From Chloroflexota bacterium (GTDB lineage Bacteria; Chloroflexota; Dehalococcoidia; JACVQG01; JAHKAY01), in contig JAHKAY010000020.1 of assembly GCA_018825785.1 (NCBI GenBank), forward strand, positions 2,111 to 66,110: a stretch of 64,000 nt of DNA, given 5' to 3'. This document shows positions 37,094 to 49,057 of this stretch, piece after piece. The notes below the pieces were generated by a model, which was not told the DNA's origin, ran no database searches, and saw nothing but the letters and a program-made list of their open reading frames with translations. The translations under genes and the position numbers were made by a program. Every line of letters begins with the position of its first letter. Positions within the stretch are counted from its first letter, which is position 1.

Positions 37094-38332
37094 GTGCTCC
37101 CCCTTCGGATAAAGGATTTAACCCTGGGATATGGCAGCCGGGTGGTCCTCCGCCAGTTAAGCCTGGAGGTGGGCCCGGGCCAGGTCCTGGGGATACTTGG
37201 CCCCAACGGCTCAGGCAAGACTACCCTCCTCACAGCCATCAGCGGGGTGCTCCGCCCCTGGGCCGGAGAGATAGCCCTCAACGGCCAGAGCCTCCACAGG
37301 ATGTCCCGCCTGGCCCTGGCCCGCCTGGTGGCGGTGGTGCCCCAGAACCCCTCCCTCCCCGTGGCCTTTACCGCTCTGGAGATTGCCCTCATGGGCCGCT
37401 ATCCCCACCTGGGCTTCCTGGGCTTTGAGGGGCAGAAGGACCTGGCCCTGGCCTGGGAGGCCCTGGAGAAGACAGGGATGGAGCAGCTAGCCCAGCGGAC
37501 GGTGGGCCAGCTTTCGGGAGGGGAAAGACAGCGACTGGTTATCGCCCGGGCCCTGGCCCAGGAGCCCCAGCTTTTGCTGCTGGATGAGCCCCTGGCCCAT
37601 CTGGACCTCCAGCACCAGCTGGAGACGATAGCCCTGGTGCAGGACCTGGCCCGGCGGGGCCTCAGCAGCCTTGTCGCCATGCATGACCTCACCCAGGCCG
37701 CCCGGTTCTGCAAGCGCCTGGTGCTCTTGAAAGACGGCTCCATCCGGGCCCAGGGCCTGCCAGAAGAGGTGCTCACGCCGGAGAACATAGAGGCAGCCTT
37801 CGGGGTCGAGGCCCTTGTCTATCCCCACCTCCTCGGCGGCCATCCCGTGATTGACCCCATCCCCCGCAGGCCCAGGACCGGACGGCGCATCCATATCATC
37901 GGGGGCGGGGGCAAAGCCGCCAGGGTAATGCAGGCCCTCCATGCCGAGGGCTACCGCTTGAGCATCGGGGTGCTGAACGAAGGGGATACCGACCTGGCGG
38001 CGGCCCGGGCCCTGGGGGTCCCTGCAGTGGCCATCCCTGCCTTCTCCGGCATAGACGGGAAGAGCTACCAGCATAACCTGGAGCTGATTGCTGAGGCCGA
38101 GGTGGTGGTGATGGCCGAGGTGCCCTTCGGCTGGGCCAACCTCCTCAACCTCAAGGCAGCTGCTCAGGCCCGCCGGCTGGTCCTCCTGGATGAGACGCCC
38201 ATCCAGGAGCGGGATTTCACCGGGGGCAGCGCCGCCGCCATCTACCTCAATCTCAAGGCCCAGGCTACTGGCACTAACCCCGATGGGCTTCTCCCTTCGG
38301 TTAAGGGCCTGCTATGCGAGAGGCCGGACTAG
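37094..38332 (+). CDS. btuD: Cobalamin ABC ATPase with a C-terminal extension
   Basis: GPNGSGKT, LSGGERQR, LLDEP; about 150-aa tail starting RIHIIGGGG. Confidence 0.85.
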   Translation: MLPLRIKDLTLGYGSRVVLRQLSLEVGPGQVLGILGPNGSGKTTLLTAISGVLRPWAGEIALNGQSLHRMSRLALARLVAVVPQNPSLPVAFTALEIALMGRYPHLGFLGFEGQKDLALAWEALEKTGMEQLAQRTVGQLSGGERQRLVIARALAQEPQLLLLDEPLAHLDLQHQLETIALVQDLARRGLSSLVAMHDLTQAARFCKRLVLLKDGSIRAQGLPEEVLTPENIEAAFGVEALVYPHLLGGHPVIDPIPRRPRTGRRIHIIGGGGKAARVMQALHAEGYRLSIGVLNEGDTDLAAARALGVPAVAIPAFSGIDGKSYQHNLELIAEAEVVVMAEVPFGWANLLNLKAAAQARRLVLLDETPIQERDFTGGSAAAIYLNLKAQATGTNPDGLLPSVKGLLCERPD

Positions 38333-38403
38333 ATGGGCCTTTCCTCAGCCAAAGGCCAGCCTGTCTCCGAGGCTTATGGGTGGGGGCATTGCCCCCTTTC
38401 GGG

Positions 38404-40695
38404 CTAAGGGGTGAGGGAGACCTGCCAGAGGTTCATCAGCCCCTGGGGGCTGAGGGCAAACCCCTTCACCCGGGAGCTGACCAGGAAATACGCCTTGCCA
38501 AAGTGTAGCGGGATAGCGGCAACGTCTTTCCGCAGGGTCTCCTCCGCCTTCTGGTAAAGCTGGAGCCTTGCCTGGAGGTCCGGCTCTACACGGGCCTTCT
38601 CCAGAAGCTGGTCCACCTCCTCGCTGTGATATCCGCCGTTATTGTTGTAGGAATCGGAATGGAAGAGGATGTCCAGAAAGTTCTCGGGGTCCGGGTAGTC
38701 CGCCACCCACCCAAACTCAAAGATGTTGTCCGGCTGGCTTTGCAGAAGGTTGAAATAGATGCCTGGGTCCACCAGTCTCACCTGCACCGTTATCCCCAGG
38801 TTCTCCCGCCACATCTGGACAAGGGCCCCCACTTCAGGGGGAGGGGCAAGCGGCCCTGGGGCCGTGAAGATGATGGGGGGCAGTTGTCCCGTGCCATAGA
38901 CGGACTCCAGGATACGGCGGGCCTCCGCGGGGTCATAGGGGAGGGGGTTAAGCTGGGAGTTGTAGCCTGGCAGGCCGGGGGGCATGAAGCCCTGGGCCAT
39001 GGCCACCAGGTCCCCGTACACCTCCTTCAGCAGGCGCTGCCGGTCAGTAGCCAGGAGGAAGGCCCGGCGCACCTCAGCGTTGTCAAATGGGGGTCGGGCG
39101 GTATTGAAAGCTACATAGAAAATACTGAGCTGGGCCTTCTCCTGGAGCTCTTTTGCCAGGGGGCTAGCGGAGACCTTTATCTCATCTACCTCCTCTAGGG
39201 AGGGGAAGGCCACATCCACCTCACCGCTCTCATACATCCTGGAGGGGTTTGCCCCCAGGAAGAGGAAGAGCACATAGGCAAGCTGGGGGGGAGACCGGTG
39301 GTATGCCTTATTGGCTTCCAGGGCCATGGCCATCCCTGGTTCCCACCCCTTCACGCGGAAGGGGCCGGTGCCGTTGGGCTGTCTCCACCACTCCAGCCCC
39401 TGTTCCACGTTCTTGCTGTCCACGACATAGGCCACAGGATGGGTCAGCTTGGCCAGGAAATAGGCCTTGGGGGCATCAATCCTCACCCGCAGCGTCCTCT
39501 CCCCCACCACCTCCACCCCGCTGATTTCCCTGGTCCTCTTCTCCACCACCTCTTTCACCCCGACAATATCTCCCAGATAGGTAGGAACGGTAATGGACCC
39601 CATCATGGCCGCCCGCTCCCAGGAATACTTGACATCCGCCGCCGTAACCGGCTTTCCGTCATGGAAACGGGCATCGGGTCGGAGATAAAAGGTATAGACG
39701 GTGCCACCGGCAGAAGGTTCCCATCTCTCCGCCAGGTCGCCTACCACCTCCAGGGACGGGGAGAGGGCCACCAAGCCACCGAAGACCTGGGTGACATACT
39801 GGACAGTATAAGACTCCACAGCTTGGGCGGGGTCCAGGGCAAAGGGCTCCGGGTAGTAGATAGTGAGGGCTTCCCGGGGGGAGATACCAAAGGGGCGGGC
39901 CTCCTCCAACCGAAGCTGCCTCAGGATGGCCATGTATTCCTGGGCCCTTTCCTCAAAGGTGGCAAGAGGGGCCATAAGAAGAGTGGTAAGGAGCTGAGTG
40001 CCCCGCGGGGCCAGCAGCACCAGCCACCGCTGTTCCCCCTCCCCACGGCCAACGGCGATGACTAACTCATAGGCTGAGCCCCCGGTTATTTCCAGTTCCC
40101 TTTCGGAGAGCAACCTGGCACCGGGGACGCTCAGGCCCTGGGCTATAACCAGCTCACCCGCCTTGGCGGGGGAAAGCACCTCGTTCGTGTACTCCACATA
40201 GACGGTCAGACCAGTGGAGGTCTCGCCCAGGGGACCTACAGCGACCACGGGGGCCAGGATACCTGTCTCATTGACCACCCAGCCGACGGGATAGGCCAGG
40301 CTGAAACCAAGAAAGCTGTTCTCATAGCGGGCGAGGGGGAAAGGGACAGGCGTGGGGGTCAGAGCGGGAGTAGCGGTCGGCGTGGGCGTTGGGGTCGGAG
40401 TAGGCCGAGGGGTAGGGGTGGGGGTAGCCACCAGTGTCGGGATGGGAGTAGGGGTTGGGGTAGCCACCAGTGTCGGGATGGGAGTAGGGGTTGGAGCAGG
40501 AGTTGGAGTAGGGGTTGGAGCAGGAGTTGGGGTAGGGGTTGGAGCAGGAGTAGGAGTGGGGGCGGGGGCAGGAGTGACCACAGGCGTGGGGGTTGGCGTA
40601 GGGGCCGGGGTCGGAGGGGGGGCCGAGCGGAAAACAAAAAAGAGGCCAGCGGCAACAAGCCCAACGAGAACAAGTATCCAGATGGCTCTCTTCAC
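38404..40695 (-). CDS. Family 5 (peptide) ABC substrate-binding protein with a P/T stalk and PsbP-like domain
   Basis: N-terminal TM, PT repeats, [40 protein letters not shown]. Confidence 0.82.
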   Translation of the reverse strand: MKRAIWILVLVGLVAAGLFFVFRSAPPPTPAPTPTPTPVVTPAPAPTPTPAPTPTPTPAPTPTPTPAPTPTPIPTLVATPTPTPIPTLVATPTPTPRPTPTPTPTPTATPALTPTPVPFPLARYENSFLGFSLAYPVGWVVNETGILAPVVAVGPLGETSTGLTVYVEYTNEVLSPAKAGELVIAQGLSVPGARLLSERELEITGGSAYELVIAVGRGEGEQRWLVLLAPRGTQLLTTLLMAPLATFEERAQEYMAILRQLRLEEARPFGISPREALTIYYPEPFALDPAQAVESYTVQYVTQVFGGLVALSPSLEVVGDLAERWEPSAGGTVYTFYLRPDARFHDGKPVTAADVKYSWERAAMMGSITVPTYLGDIVGVKEVVEKRTREISGVEVVGERTLRVRIDAPKAYFLAKLTHPVAYVVDSKNVEQGLEWWRQPNGTGPFRVKGWEPGMAMALEANKAYHRSPPQLAYVLFLFLGANPSRMYESGEVDVAFPSLEEVDEIKVSASPLAKELQEKAQLSIFYVAFNTARPPFDNAEVRRAFLLATDRQRLLKEVYGDLVAMAQGFMPPGLPGYNSQLNPLPYDPAEARRILESVYGTGQLPPIIFTAPGPLAPPPEVGALVQMWRENLGITVQVRLVDPGIYFNLLQSQPDNIFEFGWVADYPDPENFLDILFHSDSYNNNGGYHSEEVDQLLEKARVEPDLQARLQLYQKAEETLRKDVAAIPLHFGKAYFLVSSRVKGFALSPQGLMNLWQVSLTP

Positions 40696-40781
40696 CAGCC
40701 CCTCCAAACGGAAATTATACTTTGACAATTGTAGGCTCTCACTCTATAATGTGTCAACATTAACTCTAGGGGGGAAGGGCG

Positions 40782-43049
40782 ATGAGACTAAGAGCAAGAC
40801 GATTGCTGGCTATTTTGGCGGCGTTTTCAGTCCTGCTGGTGATGGTCCCCTTCGCCCAGGCCGAGACAGGCTCCCCCAAGAAGCTGGAGCCGCTGGTCCT
40901 TCTCCCGCCCCAGCCACAGGCCATTTCCGGAAGGGCCGGGATGGTCTTTTCCGGTCAGGACCCGCTCCTGCGCCCGGTGCCACCCGGACTGCCGGGAAGG
41001 GAAGCGGAAGAGAAACTGGAAGGCCCGGGCTTGGGAGGGGGAGGGGTCCTGCTTCAGGCCCCCGGGGCGGCGGCCACCGCCCTCATACCCTATCGGGACC
41101 CCTCGGCCAAGTTCAGCCGCAACATCCTGGTCAGCCGGGACAAGGGACGCGCACCCATCCAGACCGAACCCCATCTGGCTGTTGACCCGAAGGACCCCAA
41201 CCACATCGTGATGGCCACGATAGACTACAACTTCCAGGGGATAGCCACCTATAACAGCATTGATGGTGGGGCAACCTGGGAGGGACCCTTCATAGCCAAG
41301 GTATCTCGACAGGCATTGGCCGGGGCAGGAGACCCCGTGCTGGCCTTTGACCGGAAGGCCAATATCTACGCAGCCCAACTCTCCGTTGACTTCATAACCC
41401 TCTGGCTGGATGGGCTCCAGGTCTTCGTGGGTGTCCTCAATGTGGATGTGAGCCATTCAGAAGACAGCGGCTACACCTGGAAAGACACCCTCACTGCAGC
41501 CCCGGCGTATGCTACCGTTCAGAACTCTACCGACGCGACAGGCCGGCCGCGGGCGGATATAGAGGTGGGGCTTGTTGATAAGCCCTGGATGACGGTAGGC
41601 CCCAACCCCAAAGACCCCAGCAAGGACATTATTTACCTCACCTACACGAAGTTTACCGACCAGTGGGTGCTCGCCTGGTCGGATGAGGTCCCCTTCATAA
41701 TGATCGCCTCTGAGACAACCTCTATAGAGATGGTCCGGTCGGAGGACGGGGGCCTGACCTGGAGCAAGCCGGTGCGGGTAAGTCCTGCCGTCTTCAACGT
41801 GGGCCAGCAAACGCGGCGGGTAGTCCAGGGGTCCCAGCCGGTGGCAGGCCCCGACGGCACCCTCTATGTGGCCTGGTTTGATAGCACTGAGGACGATATG
41901 AACGAGGGCCGGGGGGAGATATGGGCGGCTGCTTCTTATGACGGGGGGGCTTCCTTCCAGACGCCCCGTCTGGCGGCCACCTTCGTTGAAGGCCCCTATC
42001 TGCCCCGTTCCGCCTCATTCCGCGTCTGGGGCACCTGCTTCCCCCAGATAGCAGTCGGCCCCCAGGGCGAAATCTACATCGCCTACACTGCTCCCCCTCC
42101 CGATAACCCTGATGACGTGGGGGACGTGTTCCTTGTCCGCTCTCTGGACAAAGGCAGGACCTGGGAGCGGTCGGTAAGGGTGAACGATGACGCTAGCCGC
42201 CGCTTCCAGTTCTTCCCCTCGGTGACCGTGGACCCTAACGGGGTTCTCCACATGATGTGGGGGGACATGAGGAACGACCCCTCCGAGCTTTCCTATCATA
42301 TTTACTACTCCACCTCCAAGGATGCGGGGAGGACCTGGGAACTGAACAGCCGCGTCAGCGACTTCCCTTCCAATCCCAACTTCGCCTTCCCCGGGGGCGG
42401 GTTTATCGGGGACTATTTTTCCATCAAGGCGACCAAGGATGATGTTTACATGGTCTGGGCCGATAGCCGCCTTGGGGAAATGGGCGGAATAAACCAGAAG
42501 ATTGCCTTCGCCCGGAAGAAGCTCATGCCCGCCCCCTCCATCTTCCTCTCCCCCCCCTCCGGGCCCAGCGGCCGGGATGTCATTGTCCAGGGCAACAATT
42601 ACCAGCCGGACACGGAGATATATGTGGTGCTGGGTGGTGTTGTTATCTCTGCAGGGCGGGCCCGGGATGACGGGACCTTCTCCATCCCCCTCTTCATCCC
42701 AATTGCCGGGGAGGGGGCGGCTCCGATGAGCGTGATGGATACCTCCGGCAATATGGCTACCACTTCTTTCTTCACGGAGTTTGGTTTTGACAGCTTCCAG
42801 AAGGTCGTGACCAGCCTTCAGGACAGGGTCACCGAGATAGCCGCAATAGTCCAGAAGACGCCCGCCCCACAGCCTACCGCCGCCCCTGCGGCAGCCACCC
42901 CCACCCCAGCCCCTGCTGCCACCGCCCCGGCGACCCCTGCGCCAGCGGCAAGCCAGGGCTCCTCCTGGCCGCTGGTGGTGGCGCTGGTAGTGGCGGCATT
43001 GGCACTGCTGGTGGCCCTCCTGGCTCTCTCCCGAAGGGGGGCACGATGA
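40782..43049 (+). CDS. Asp-box (BNR) sialidase-fold surface protein with a C-terminal anchor
   Basis: Six Asp-boxes ([48 protein letters not shown]); FIGDY; TM plus RR tail. Confidence 0.8.
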   Translation: MRLRARRLLAILAAFSVLLVMVPFAQAETGSPKKLEPLVLLPPQPQAISGRAGMVFSGQDPLLRPVPPGLPGREAEEKLEGPGLGGGGVLLQAPGAAATALIPYRDPSAKFSRNILVSRDKGRAPIQTEPHLAVDPKDPNHIVMATIDYNFQGIATYNSIDGGATWEGPFIAKVSRQALAGAGDPVLAFDRKANIYAAQLSVDFITLWLDGLQVFVGVLNVDVSHSEDSGYTWKDTLTAAPAYATVQNSTDATGRPRADIEVGLVDKPWMTVGPNPKDPSKDIIYLTYTKFTDQWVLAWSDEVPFIMIASETTSIEMVRSEDGGLTWSKPVRVSPAVFNVGQQTRRVVQGSQPVAGPDGTLYVAWFDSTEDDMNEGRGEIWAAASYDGGASFQTPRLAATFVEGPYLPRSASFRVWGTCFPQIAVGPQGEIYIAYTAPPPDNPDDVGDVFLVRSLDKGRTWERSVRVNDDASRRFQFFPSVTVDPNGVLHMMWGDMRNDPSELSYHIYYSTSKDAGRTWELNSRVSDFPSNPNFAFPGGGFIGDYFSIKATKDDVYMVWADSRLGEMGGINQKIAFARKKLMPAPSIFLSPPSGPSGRDVIVQGNNYQPDTEIYVVLGGVVISAGRARDDGTFSIPLFIPIAGEGAAPMSVMDTSGNMATTSFFTEFGFDSFQKVVTSLQDRVTEIAAIVQKTPAPQPTAAPAAATPTPAPAATAPATPAPAASQGSSWPLVVALVVAALALLVALLALSRRGAR

Positions 43050-45616
43050 AGAAGCTTTGTCTTTTGGCCCTGGCCTGGCTTTTGCTCATCCCCGGGGCGG
43101 TCTCCGCCCAGGTGGCCTATGTCCCTCCTCACCAGAAGCCCGGCCCTGCCGCCGAGCGGCTCCAGTTTAAGGCCTTCGATGTGGATATTGCCGCAGCCAG
43201 CCTGCGCCGGGGGGACATGGACCTGTATCTCTACAGCCTCAAAAAGGAGGCCGCGGCCACCCTGAAGGGGGTACAGGGGGTAAAGGTCTATGAGGCCCCC
43301 GCCACCACCATCTCCCTTATCCTCAACCCCGCCCCCGCCGCCGAGGGGCAATTGAACCCCTTCTCCATCCGGGAGGTCCGCTATGCGATGAACTACCTGG
43401 TCAACCGCGCCTTTGTCTCCCAGGAGATATACAAGGGGCTGGCCCAGCCCATGGTCACCTATGTAAGCCCCACGGATTACGATTACCTTACCGTCTCCGA
43501 CCTGGTCCGGGAATTTGACCTGGGCTATGATGCGGAGCGGGGCAGAGCGATGATGGCCGACGCCCTCAAGAAAGCCGGGGCCACCTTGAAGGATGGGCGC
43601 TGGAATTACCGGGACAAGCCCATTCAGGTCAAGTTCATCATCCGGACAGAGGACGAGCGCCGGGAGGTGGGTGACCTGGTCAGGGTGGAGCTGGAAAAGG
43701 CTGGGTTCTCCGTTGCCACCAGCTACCAGCAGTTCGCCCCCGCCATCCTCACCGTCTATGGCACCGACCCCCAGCTCTTCCAGTGGCACCTCTATACCGA
43801 GGGCTGGGGCAAGGGGGCTGCCGAGCGCTATGACTACGCCAACGCCAACTCTATGGCCGCCCCCTGGCTCGGCAATATGCCCGGCTGGCAGGAGGTTGGC
43901 TTCTGGCAGTACGAGAACCCCACCCTGGACCAGCTGGGCCAGCGCCTCTTCCGAGGAGACTTCGCCAACCAGCAGGAGAGGGACGACCTCTACCGCCAGA
44001 TTGCCCGCCTCAGCACGGAGGAGTCGGTCCGCGTCTGGCTGGCTACTGTAGTCAACAGCACCCCCAGCCGGGAGGAGGTGAGGGGGATTACCGAGGATGT
44101 GGCCTCCGGCCCCAGGTCCCTGTGGACCCTGAGAGAGGCCTATGTCCCCGGGAAGGACACCCTGACCATAGGCAACCTGTGGGTAGACTCGGGGCGCAGC
44201 ATCTGGAACCCCATAGGCGGCTTCGGGGATGTCTATAGCGTTGACATCTGGAAGAACATCTTTGACCCCCCCCTGGCCACCCATCCCTTCAAGGGGACCC
44301 CCCTCCCCTACCGGGCCACCTTCCAGGTAAAGACCTCAGGGCCGCAAGGAAAACTAGACGTGCCCTCCGATGCCTTCCTCTGGGATGCCAAGGCCAAAGC
44401 CTTCAGCCCGGTAGGAGCGGGGCGGCAGGCCATAAGCGTGGTCACCTTTGATTACTCCCTCTACCTGGGCTCCAACTGGCACCACGGTCAGCCCATCACT
44501 GCCGCCGATATCCTCTACAACCTCTATCAGACCTTTGACCTTGTCTACGACGAGAACAAGGCCCGCATTGAGCCCGCCCTGGCCCTTACCAGCAAGCCCT
44601 ATCTGGACACCTTCCGGGGCTTCCGCCTTGACGGGAACAAGCTGGAAGTCTATGTTGACAACTGGCACTTTGACACCAGCTATATTGCCTCCTATGCCAG
44701 CGTGGTGGGGCTGACCATGCCCTGGGAAATCCTGGCGGCCACGGACAGGCTGGTCTTTGAGGACCGGCGGGCCGCCTACTCCGATACCGCCGCCGAGCGC
44801 CTGGGGGTCCCCTGGCTCAACCTGGTGAAGAGAGACGCCCTCCAAGTAAGGCGAGTCCTGCTGGACTTCCAGGAGAAGGCCTTTGTGCCTCAGAGCGTCT
44901 TCCAGGTAGGGGGAAAGACCTTCCTCACCCGGGAAGAGGCCCTGGCCCGCTACAATGCTGCCGTCCAGTGGATAGACACCTACCAGATGGCCGTCATCAG
45001 CAACGGCCCTTTCAAAATGGTCCGTTTTGACCCTGCGGCCCAGTTCGCCGAGCTGCAGGCTTTCCGGGACCCCACCTACCCCTTCAAGCCCGGGGACGGT
45101 TATTACGGCTCCATCCCCCGGGTAGCCATCGCCAAAGTGGATGTGAAACCAATAGCGCCCGGGGCCAAAGCCGAAGTGCTGGTAAGCCTGGAGGGGCCCA
45201 CACCCCTATCCCTGCGCTATTCCCTCTATGACCCGGTGGGCCGGAAGAACCTCCTCTCCGGGGAGGCAGAGAAGAGAGGGGCTAAGGATTTTGCCATCAC
45301 CCTGGGCCCGGAGCAGACTTCCTCGCTGAAAGTCGGCCTCTACCAGCTTTTCCTGCTGGCCTCCAGCTCCGAGGTAGCCGCCCCAACTGAAGAGAGGGTG
45401 GAGTTGGAAGTGGCTATCCCCAGACAGGCCACCCCCACACCGGGCGCGACGCCCACCGCAACGCCGGGGCTGACCCCCACCGGGACCCCCGGGCTGACGC
45501 CTACCCCGCCACCTTCCGGGGCACCCAGCCGGATACCCTGGCCCTGGCTTATCGCTATTGGGGCGCTGGTAGTCGTGGTGGCCCTGCTCCTTATCCGGCG
45601 GAGAAAGCCTTCCTGA
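43046..45616 (+). CDS. Large family 5 ABC substrate-binding protein, C-terminally anchored
   Basis: NPFSIREVRYAMNYLVNR, WHHGQPITAADI, SNGPF; PT linker, TM and RRRK tail. Confidence 0.8.
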   Translation: MKKLCLLALAWLLLIPGAVSAQVAYVPPHQKPGPAAERLQFKAFDVDIAAASLRRGDMDLYLYSLKKEAAATLKGVQGVKVYEAPATTISLILNPAPAAEGQLNPFSIREVRYAMNYLVNRAFVSQEIYKGLAQPMVTYVSPTDYDYLTVSDLVREFDLGYDAERGRAMMADALKKAGATLKDGRWNYRDKPIQVKFIIRTEDERREVGDLVRVELEKAGFSVATSYQQFAPAILTVYGTDPQLFQWHLYTEGWGKGAAERYDYANANSMAAPWLGNMPGWQEVGFWQYENPTLDQLGQRLFRGDFANQQERDDLYRQIARLSTEESVRVWLATVVNSTPSREEVRGITEDVASGPRSLWTLREAYVPGKDTLTIGNLWVDSGRSIWNPIGGFGDVYSVDIWKNIFDPPLATHPFKGTPLPYRATFQVKTSGPQGKLDVPSDAFLWDAKAKAFSPVGAGRQAISVVTFDYSLYLGSNWHHGQPITAADILYNLYQTFDLVYDENKARIEPALALTSKPYLDTFRGFRLDGNKLEVYVDNWHFDTSYIASYASVVGLTMPWEILAATDRLVFEDRRAAYSDTAAERLGVPWLNLVKRDALQVRRVLLDFQEKAFVPQSVFQVGGKTFLTREEALARYNAAVQWIDTYQMAVISNGPFKMVRFDPAAQFAELQAFRDPTYPFKPGDGYYGSIPRVAIAKVDVKPIAPGAKAEVLVSLEGPTPLSLRYSLYDPVGRKNLLSGEAEKRGAKDFAITLGPEQTSSLKVGLYQLFLLASSSEVAAPTEERVELEVAIPRQATPTPGATPTATPGLTPTGTPGLTPTPPPSGAPSRIPWPWLIAIGALVVVVALLLIRRRKPS

Positions 45617-45641
45617 GGTAGCCTCCGGGGCTAACTAAGGT

Positions 45642-46685
45642 ATGCTCCTCACCCTGGCAGCTCGGGCGGCCACCCTCCTGGGGGTGCTGGTGGTGGTCCT
45701 GCTGTTGGTGGTGGTCACCCTGGGGGCCACCGGCTTTTCCGACAGTATCCTCCAGGCAGTGATCCGGGAGGAGATGAAGGGCATCAGGGAGTCCCTGGCC
45801 CGGACCATCCGGGACCCGGTTCAACTTGAGACAGCGCTGGAGGGGCGGCGGGAAGAGCTTGTCGGCTTCTACGGGCTGGACCGCCCCTGGTATTACCGCC
45901 TCCCCAGCACCGCCTGGCGGGTGGTGAGCCTGGACCTGGGTGAAGCCCGCACCCTGCGCAGCTTCGCCGGTAGCGCCCGGGTGGCTGATATCGTCAGGGA
46001 ACGCCTCCCCCTTACCCTGGCGCTGGTCACTACCGCTACGGTTATTACTGCCCTCCTGGGGCTCTTCATCGGCGTAAGCCTAGCCACCCGGGTTACCAGC
46101 CGGGTGGACCGCCTTCTTTCCTATCTTTCCGCGGTCTCTCACGCTCTACCCAGCTGGTGGCTGGGCATCTTGCTCATCCTGCTCTTCGCCTTCAAATTCC
46201 GGTTCTTCCCCTCCGGGGGACTTTACAGCCTGCCCCCCCCTGAAGAGAGGTGGGCCAGGCTCCTTGACCTGGCCTGGCATGCCACCCTGCCAGTACTGAC
46301 CCTGGTGCTGGTGTCGCTGGGGTCCTGGGTCTACACCGTGCGCACCATGGTGCTCAATACAGCCCAGGAGTTCTTTGTCACTGTGGCCCGTGCCAAGGGC
46401 CTGCCCGAGAGCGCAGTCCAGCGCCGTTACATCCTGCGGGTGGCCGCCCCCCCTATCCTCACCAATCTTATCCTAGGGCTGGCCGGTTCCCTGGGCGGGG
46501 CCATCCTCACCGAGACCATCTTCAACTGGCCCGGGATGGGCCGTCTCTACTACGATGCCGTCATGGCCGCCGACGAAGGGGTCATCATCGCCCTCACCTT
46601 CATCTTCGCCCTTATCTATGTGGCGGCCCGCTTCCTACTTGAGGTCCTCTACATAGCCCTGGACCCCAGGGTGAGGTACAGCTAA
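45642..46685 (+). CDS. OppB/DppB-like ABC permease
   Basis: YGLDRPW, ARAKGL, ETIFNWPGMG, LDPRVR. Confidence 0.88.
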   Translation: MLLTLAARAATLLGVLVVVLLLVVVTLGATGFSDSILQAVIREEMKGIRESLARTIRDPVQLETALEGRREELVGFYGLDRPWYYRLPSTAWRVVSLDLGEARTLRSFAGSARVADIVRERLPLTLALVTTATVITALLGLFIGVSLATRVTSRVDRLLSYLSAVSHALPSWWLGILLILLFAFKFRFFPSGGLYSLPPPEERWARLLDLAWHATLPVLTLVLVSLGSWVYTVRTMVLNTAQEFFVTVARAKGLPESAVQRRYILRVAAPPILTNLILGLAGSLGGAILTETIFNWPGMGRLYYDAVMAADEGVIIALTFIFALIYVAARFLLEVLYIALDPRVRYS

Positions 46686-46687
46686 CC

Positions 46688-48106
46688 ATGCCCAGGGAAA
46701 TCTGGAAGGTTCTCCTCAGCAGTGGCTCGGGGAGGGTGGGCCTGGCCTTCTTCCTGGCCCTGGTAGCCATTTCCCTCTATGTGGTGGCAACCTATCCCCA
46801 CGACTTCGGCCTCTCCCGCTGGAACAACCCCGCCTACTGGGCCGATAATCCCAAGAGTGCCCCGCCCCGCTGGGTCAATCTCCTGGGGACAGACACAACT
46901 CCCCATCGGGTCTGGGAAAGGGCCCGCCCCGATTCTGTAACCCCCGCCGGGGAAAGGGAAGCCCGCTTCTACACCTTCCCCTTCTCCCTGGGCCCCCAGG
47001 AAGTGCCCACCTTCCTCTCCCTCTCCCTCGGCGATGTCCTCTACTACACGGACCCGCCCCTCCTCTCCCTCCGGCTCGGCCGGCCCGATGGCAAAGAGGT
47101 GGGCCTGTTCTCCTATTCCCTCCCCGGGCCCAGGCCGGGGGAGGTCTCCCCCATGGCCCGGTTCCAGGATACACCCAACCGCCTCCTCCTCTCCCGGGAT
47201 GAGGGCCTCCTCCGGTCCACCTCCCGCTTCCTCTCGCAGGAGTTTGGCCTCCAGGTGGGCCCGCCCGAGCTCCTGGGGAAGGTTGAGGGGGTGCTCTTCG
47301 GCATCCCCCAGGGGGAGGGCTTCCGTCCCCTTCAGGGAAACTACACCATCACCGTCCAGGTCCTGACACCAGACCCCAGGGACCAGGTAGGCCAGGTGAA
47401 GCTGGTGGTGGGGGGCTCCAGCTTTGGTGCTATGGGCACCGATGCCGTGGGGCGGGACATAGCCTCGGGGCTCCTGTTCGGCTTCCCGGTAAGCCTCATC
47501 ATCGGCCTCTCCACAGCCCTCCTGGTCACCGCCATCGGGGCCTTCCTGGGGATGCTGAGCGGTTTCAGCGGGGGCCGGGTGGACACCCTCATCCAGCGCT
47601 CCTGCGATATTCTGGTGAACATCCCACTCCTCCCCATCCTCATCTTTCTCATCTTCATCCTGGGGCAGAAGCTGTGGCTGGTGCTGGTCATCCTGGTGGC
47701 CTTCGGCTGGCCCGGACTGACCATTGTCACCAGGTCCATGGTCCTCCAGCTCCGCTCCGGGCAACTGGTAGAGGCCACCCAGTCCCTGGGGGCCTCCCGG
47801 TGGCGGATTATGTTCCGTCATCTCTTCTTCCAGGTGGCCCCCTTCATCCTGGCCCAGCTCATCTTCATAACCCCATCCGCTATCCTGGCCGAGGCGGGGC
47901 TCAGCTTTCTGGGGCTGGGGGACCCCTCCATCCCTACCTGGGGACAGATTCTGGAGCAGGGCTTCCGCACCGGTGCGGTGTATGTAGGCTACTGGTGGTG
48001 GGTCCTGCCCCCCGGGCTCCTTATCGTCCTCACCGCCATGACCTTTATGCTCCTGGTCCTCGGCCTGGAACCCGTGGTCAACCCCCGGTTGAGGAGCCGG
48101 TTCTAG
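46688..48106 (+). CDS. OppC/DppC-like ABC permease with a large extracellular loop
   Basis: GTDAVGRDI, EATQSLGAS, EAGLSFLGLG, NPRLR. Confidence 0.88.
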   Translation: MPREIWKVLLSSGSGRVGLAFFLALVAISLYVVATYPHDFGLSRWNNPAYWADNPKSAPPRWVNLLGTDTTPHRVWERARPDSVTPAGEREARFYTFPFSLGPQEVPTFLSLSLGDVLYYTDPPLLSLRLGRPDGKEVGLFSYSLPGPRPGEVSPMARFQDTPNRLLLSRDEGLLRSTSRFLSQEFGLQVGPPELLGKVEGVLFGIPQGEGFRPLQGNYTITVQVLTPDPRDQVGQVKLVVGGSSFGAMGTDAVGRDIASGLLFGFPVSLIIGLSTALLVTAIGAFLGMLSGFSGGRVDTLIQRSCDILVNIPLLPILIFLIFILGQKLWLVLVILVAFGWPGLTIVTRSMVLQLRSGQLVEATQSLGASRWRIMFRHLFFQVAPFILAQLIFITPSAILAEAGLSFLGLGDPSIPTWGQILEQGFRTGAVYVGYWWWVLPPGLLIVLTAMTFMLLVLGLEPVVNPRLRSRF

Positions 48107-49057
48107 ATGCCACTCCTGGAGGTAGAGGGGCTCAAGCTCCACTACCAGGGGGCGAGCGGGGAGGTCCGGGCAGTGGACGGGGTATCCTTCTCCGTGGAGG
48201 CGGGCACCGCCCTGGGCCTGGTGGGGGAATCGGGCTCGGGGAAAAGCAGTGTGGCCCTGGCCCTGATGCGCCTCCGGCCCCGCAATGTGTCCCATTTCTC
48301 CGGCCGGGTGCTCCTGAACGGGGTAGAATGCTCCCGGCTGGACGAAGGGGAGTTCCGCCGACATTTCCGGTGGGAGAAGCTGGCCATGGTCTTCCAGGGG
48401 GCCATGGAGTCCTTCAACCCTGTCCTGAAGGTGGGGGAACAGATAATTGAGCCCCTCCTCCAGAGAAGGGTGGGACGCAAGGAAGCAGAAAAGCAGTCAA
48501 TGGCCCTCCTGGATGCAGTGATGCTCCCGGCCCGGACCTTTGACCGCTATCCCCACGAGCTGAGCGGGGGGATGAAGCAGAGGGCCCTCATCGCCATGGC
48601 CCTGGTCCTCCACCCCCAGCTCATTATCCTGGATGAGCCCACCTCAGCCCTGGACGTCATCGTCCAGGCCGAGGTGATGAACCTGCTCAAGCGTCTCAAG
48701 CGGGAGCTAAGCCTGGGTATCCTCTTTATCACCCACGATATTGCCCTCTCCAGCGACCTCTGCGACCGGATTGCGGTGATGTATGCCGGGGAGGTGGTGG
48801 AGACCGGGGGAGCCGACGGGGTCTTGCTCCGGCCGGGCCACCCCTACACCCAGAAACTGCTGGCGGCAGTGCCCCTGCTCATGGAGGAGAAGGAGCCGGA
48901 GTTCATCTCGGGTTCGCCGCCCGACCTTACCAACCCCCCTCCCGGCTGCCGGTTCCACCCCCGCTGCCCATATGTCTTTGACCGCTGCCGGGTGGAGTCC
49001 CCTCCACCCTTCCCCGCCAATGAGCACCGGGCCCGGTGCTGGCTTCTGCTGCGATGA
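48107..49057 (+). CDS. OppD-like ABC ATPase
   Basis: GESGSGKS, LSGGMKQR, HPYT, GCRFHPRC. Confidence 0.9.
   Translation: MPLLEVEGLKLHYQGASGEVRAVDGVSFSVEAGTALGLVGESGSGKSSVALALMRLRPRNVSHFSGRVLLNGVECSRLDEGEFRRHFRWEKLAMVFQGAMESFNPVLKVGEQIIEPLLQRRVGRKEAEKQSMALLDAVMLPARTFDRYPHELSGGMKQRALIAMALVLHPQLIILDEPTSALDVIVQAEVMNLLKRLKRELSLGILFITHDIALSSDLCDRIAVMYAGEVVETGGADGVLLRPGHPYTQKLLAAVPLLMEEKEPEFISGSPPDLTNPPPGCRFHPRCPYVFDRCRVESPPPFPANEHRARCWLLLR

Noticed and set aside
40350-40620. Tandem 18- and 36-bp repeats
   Set aside because: They encode the Pro/Thr stalk of the binding protein, which is ordinary for these surface proteins.
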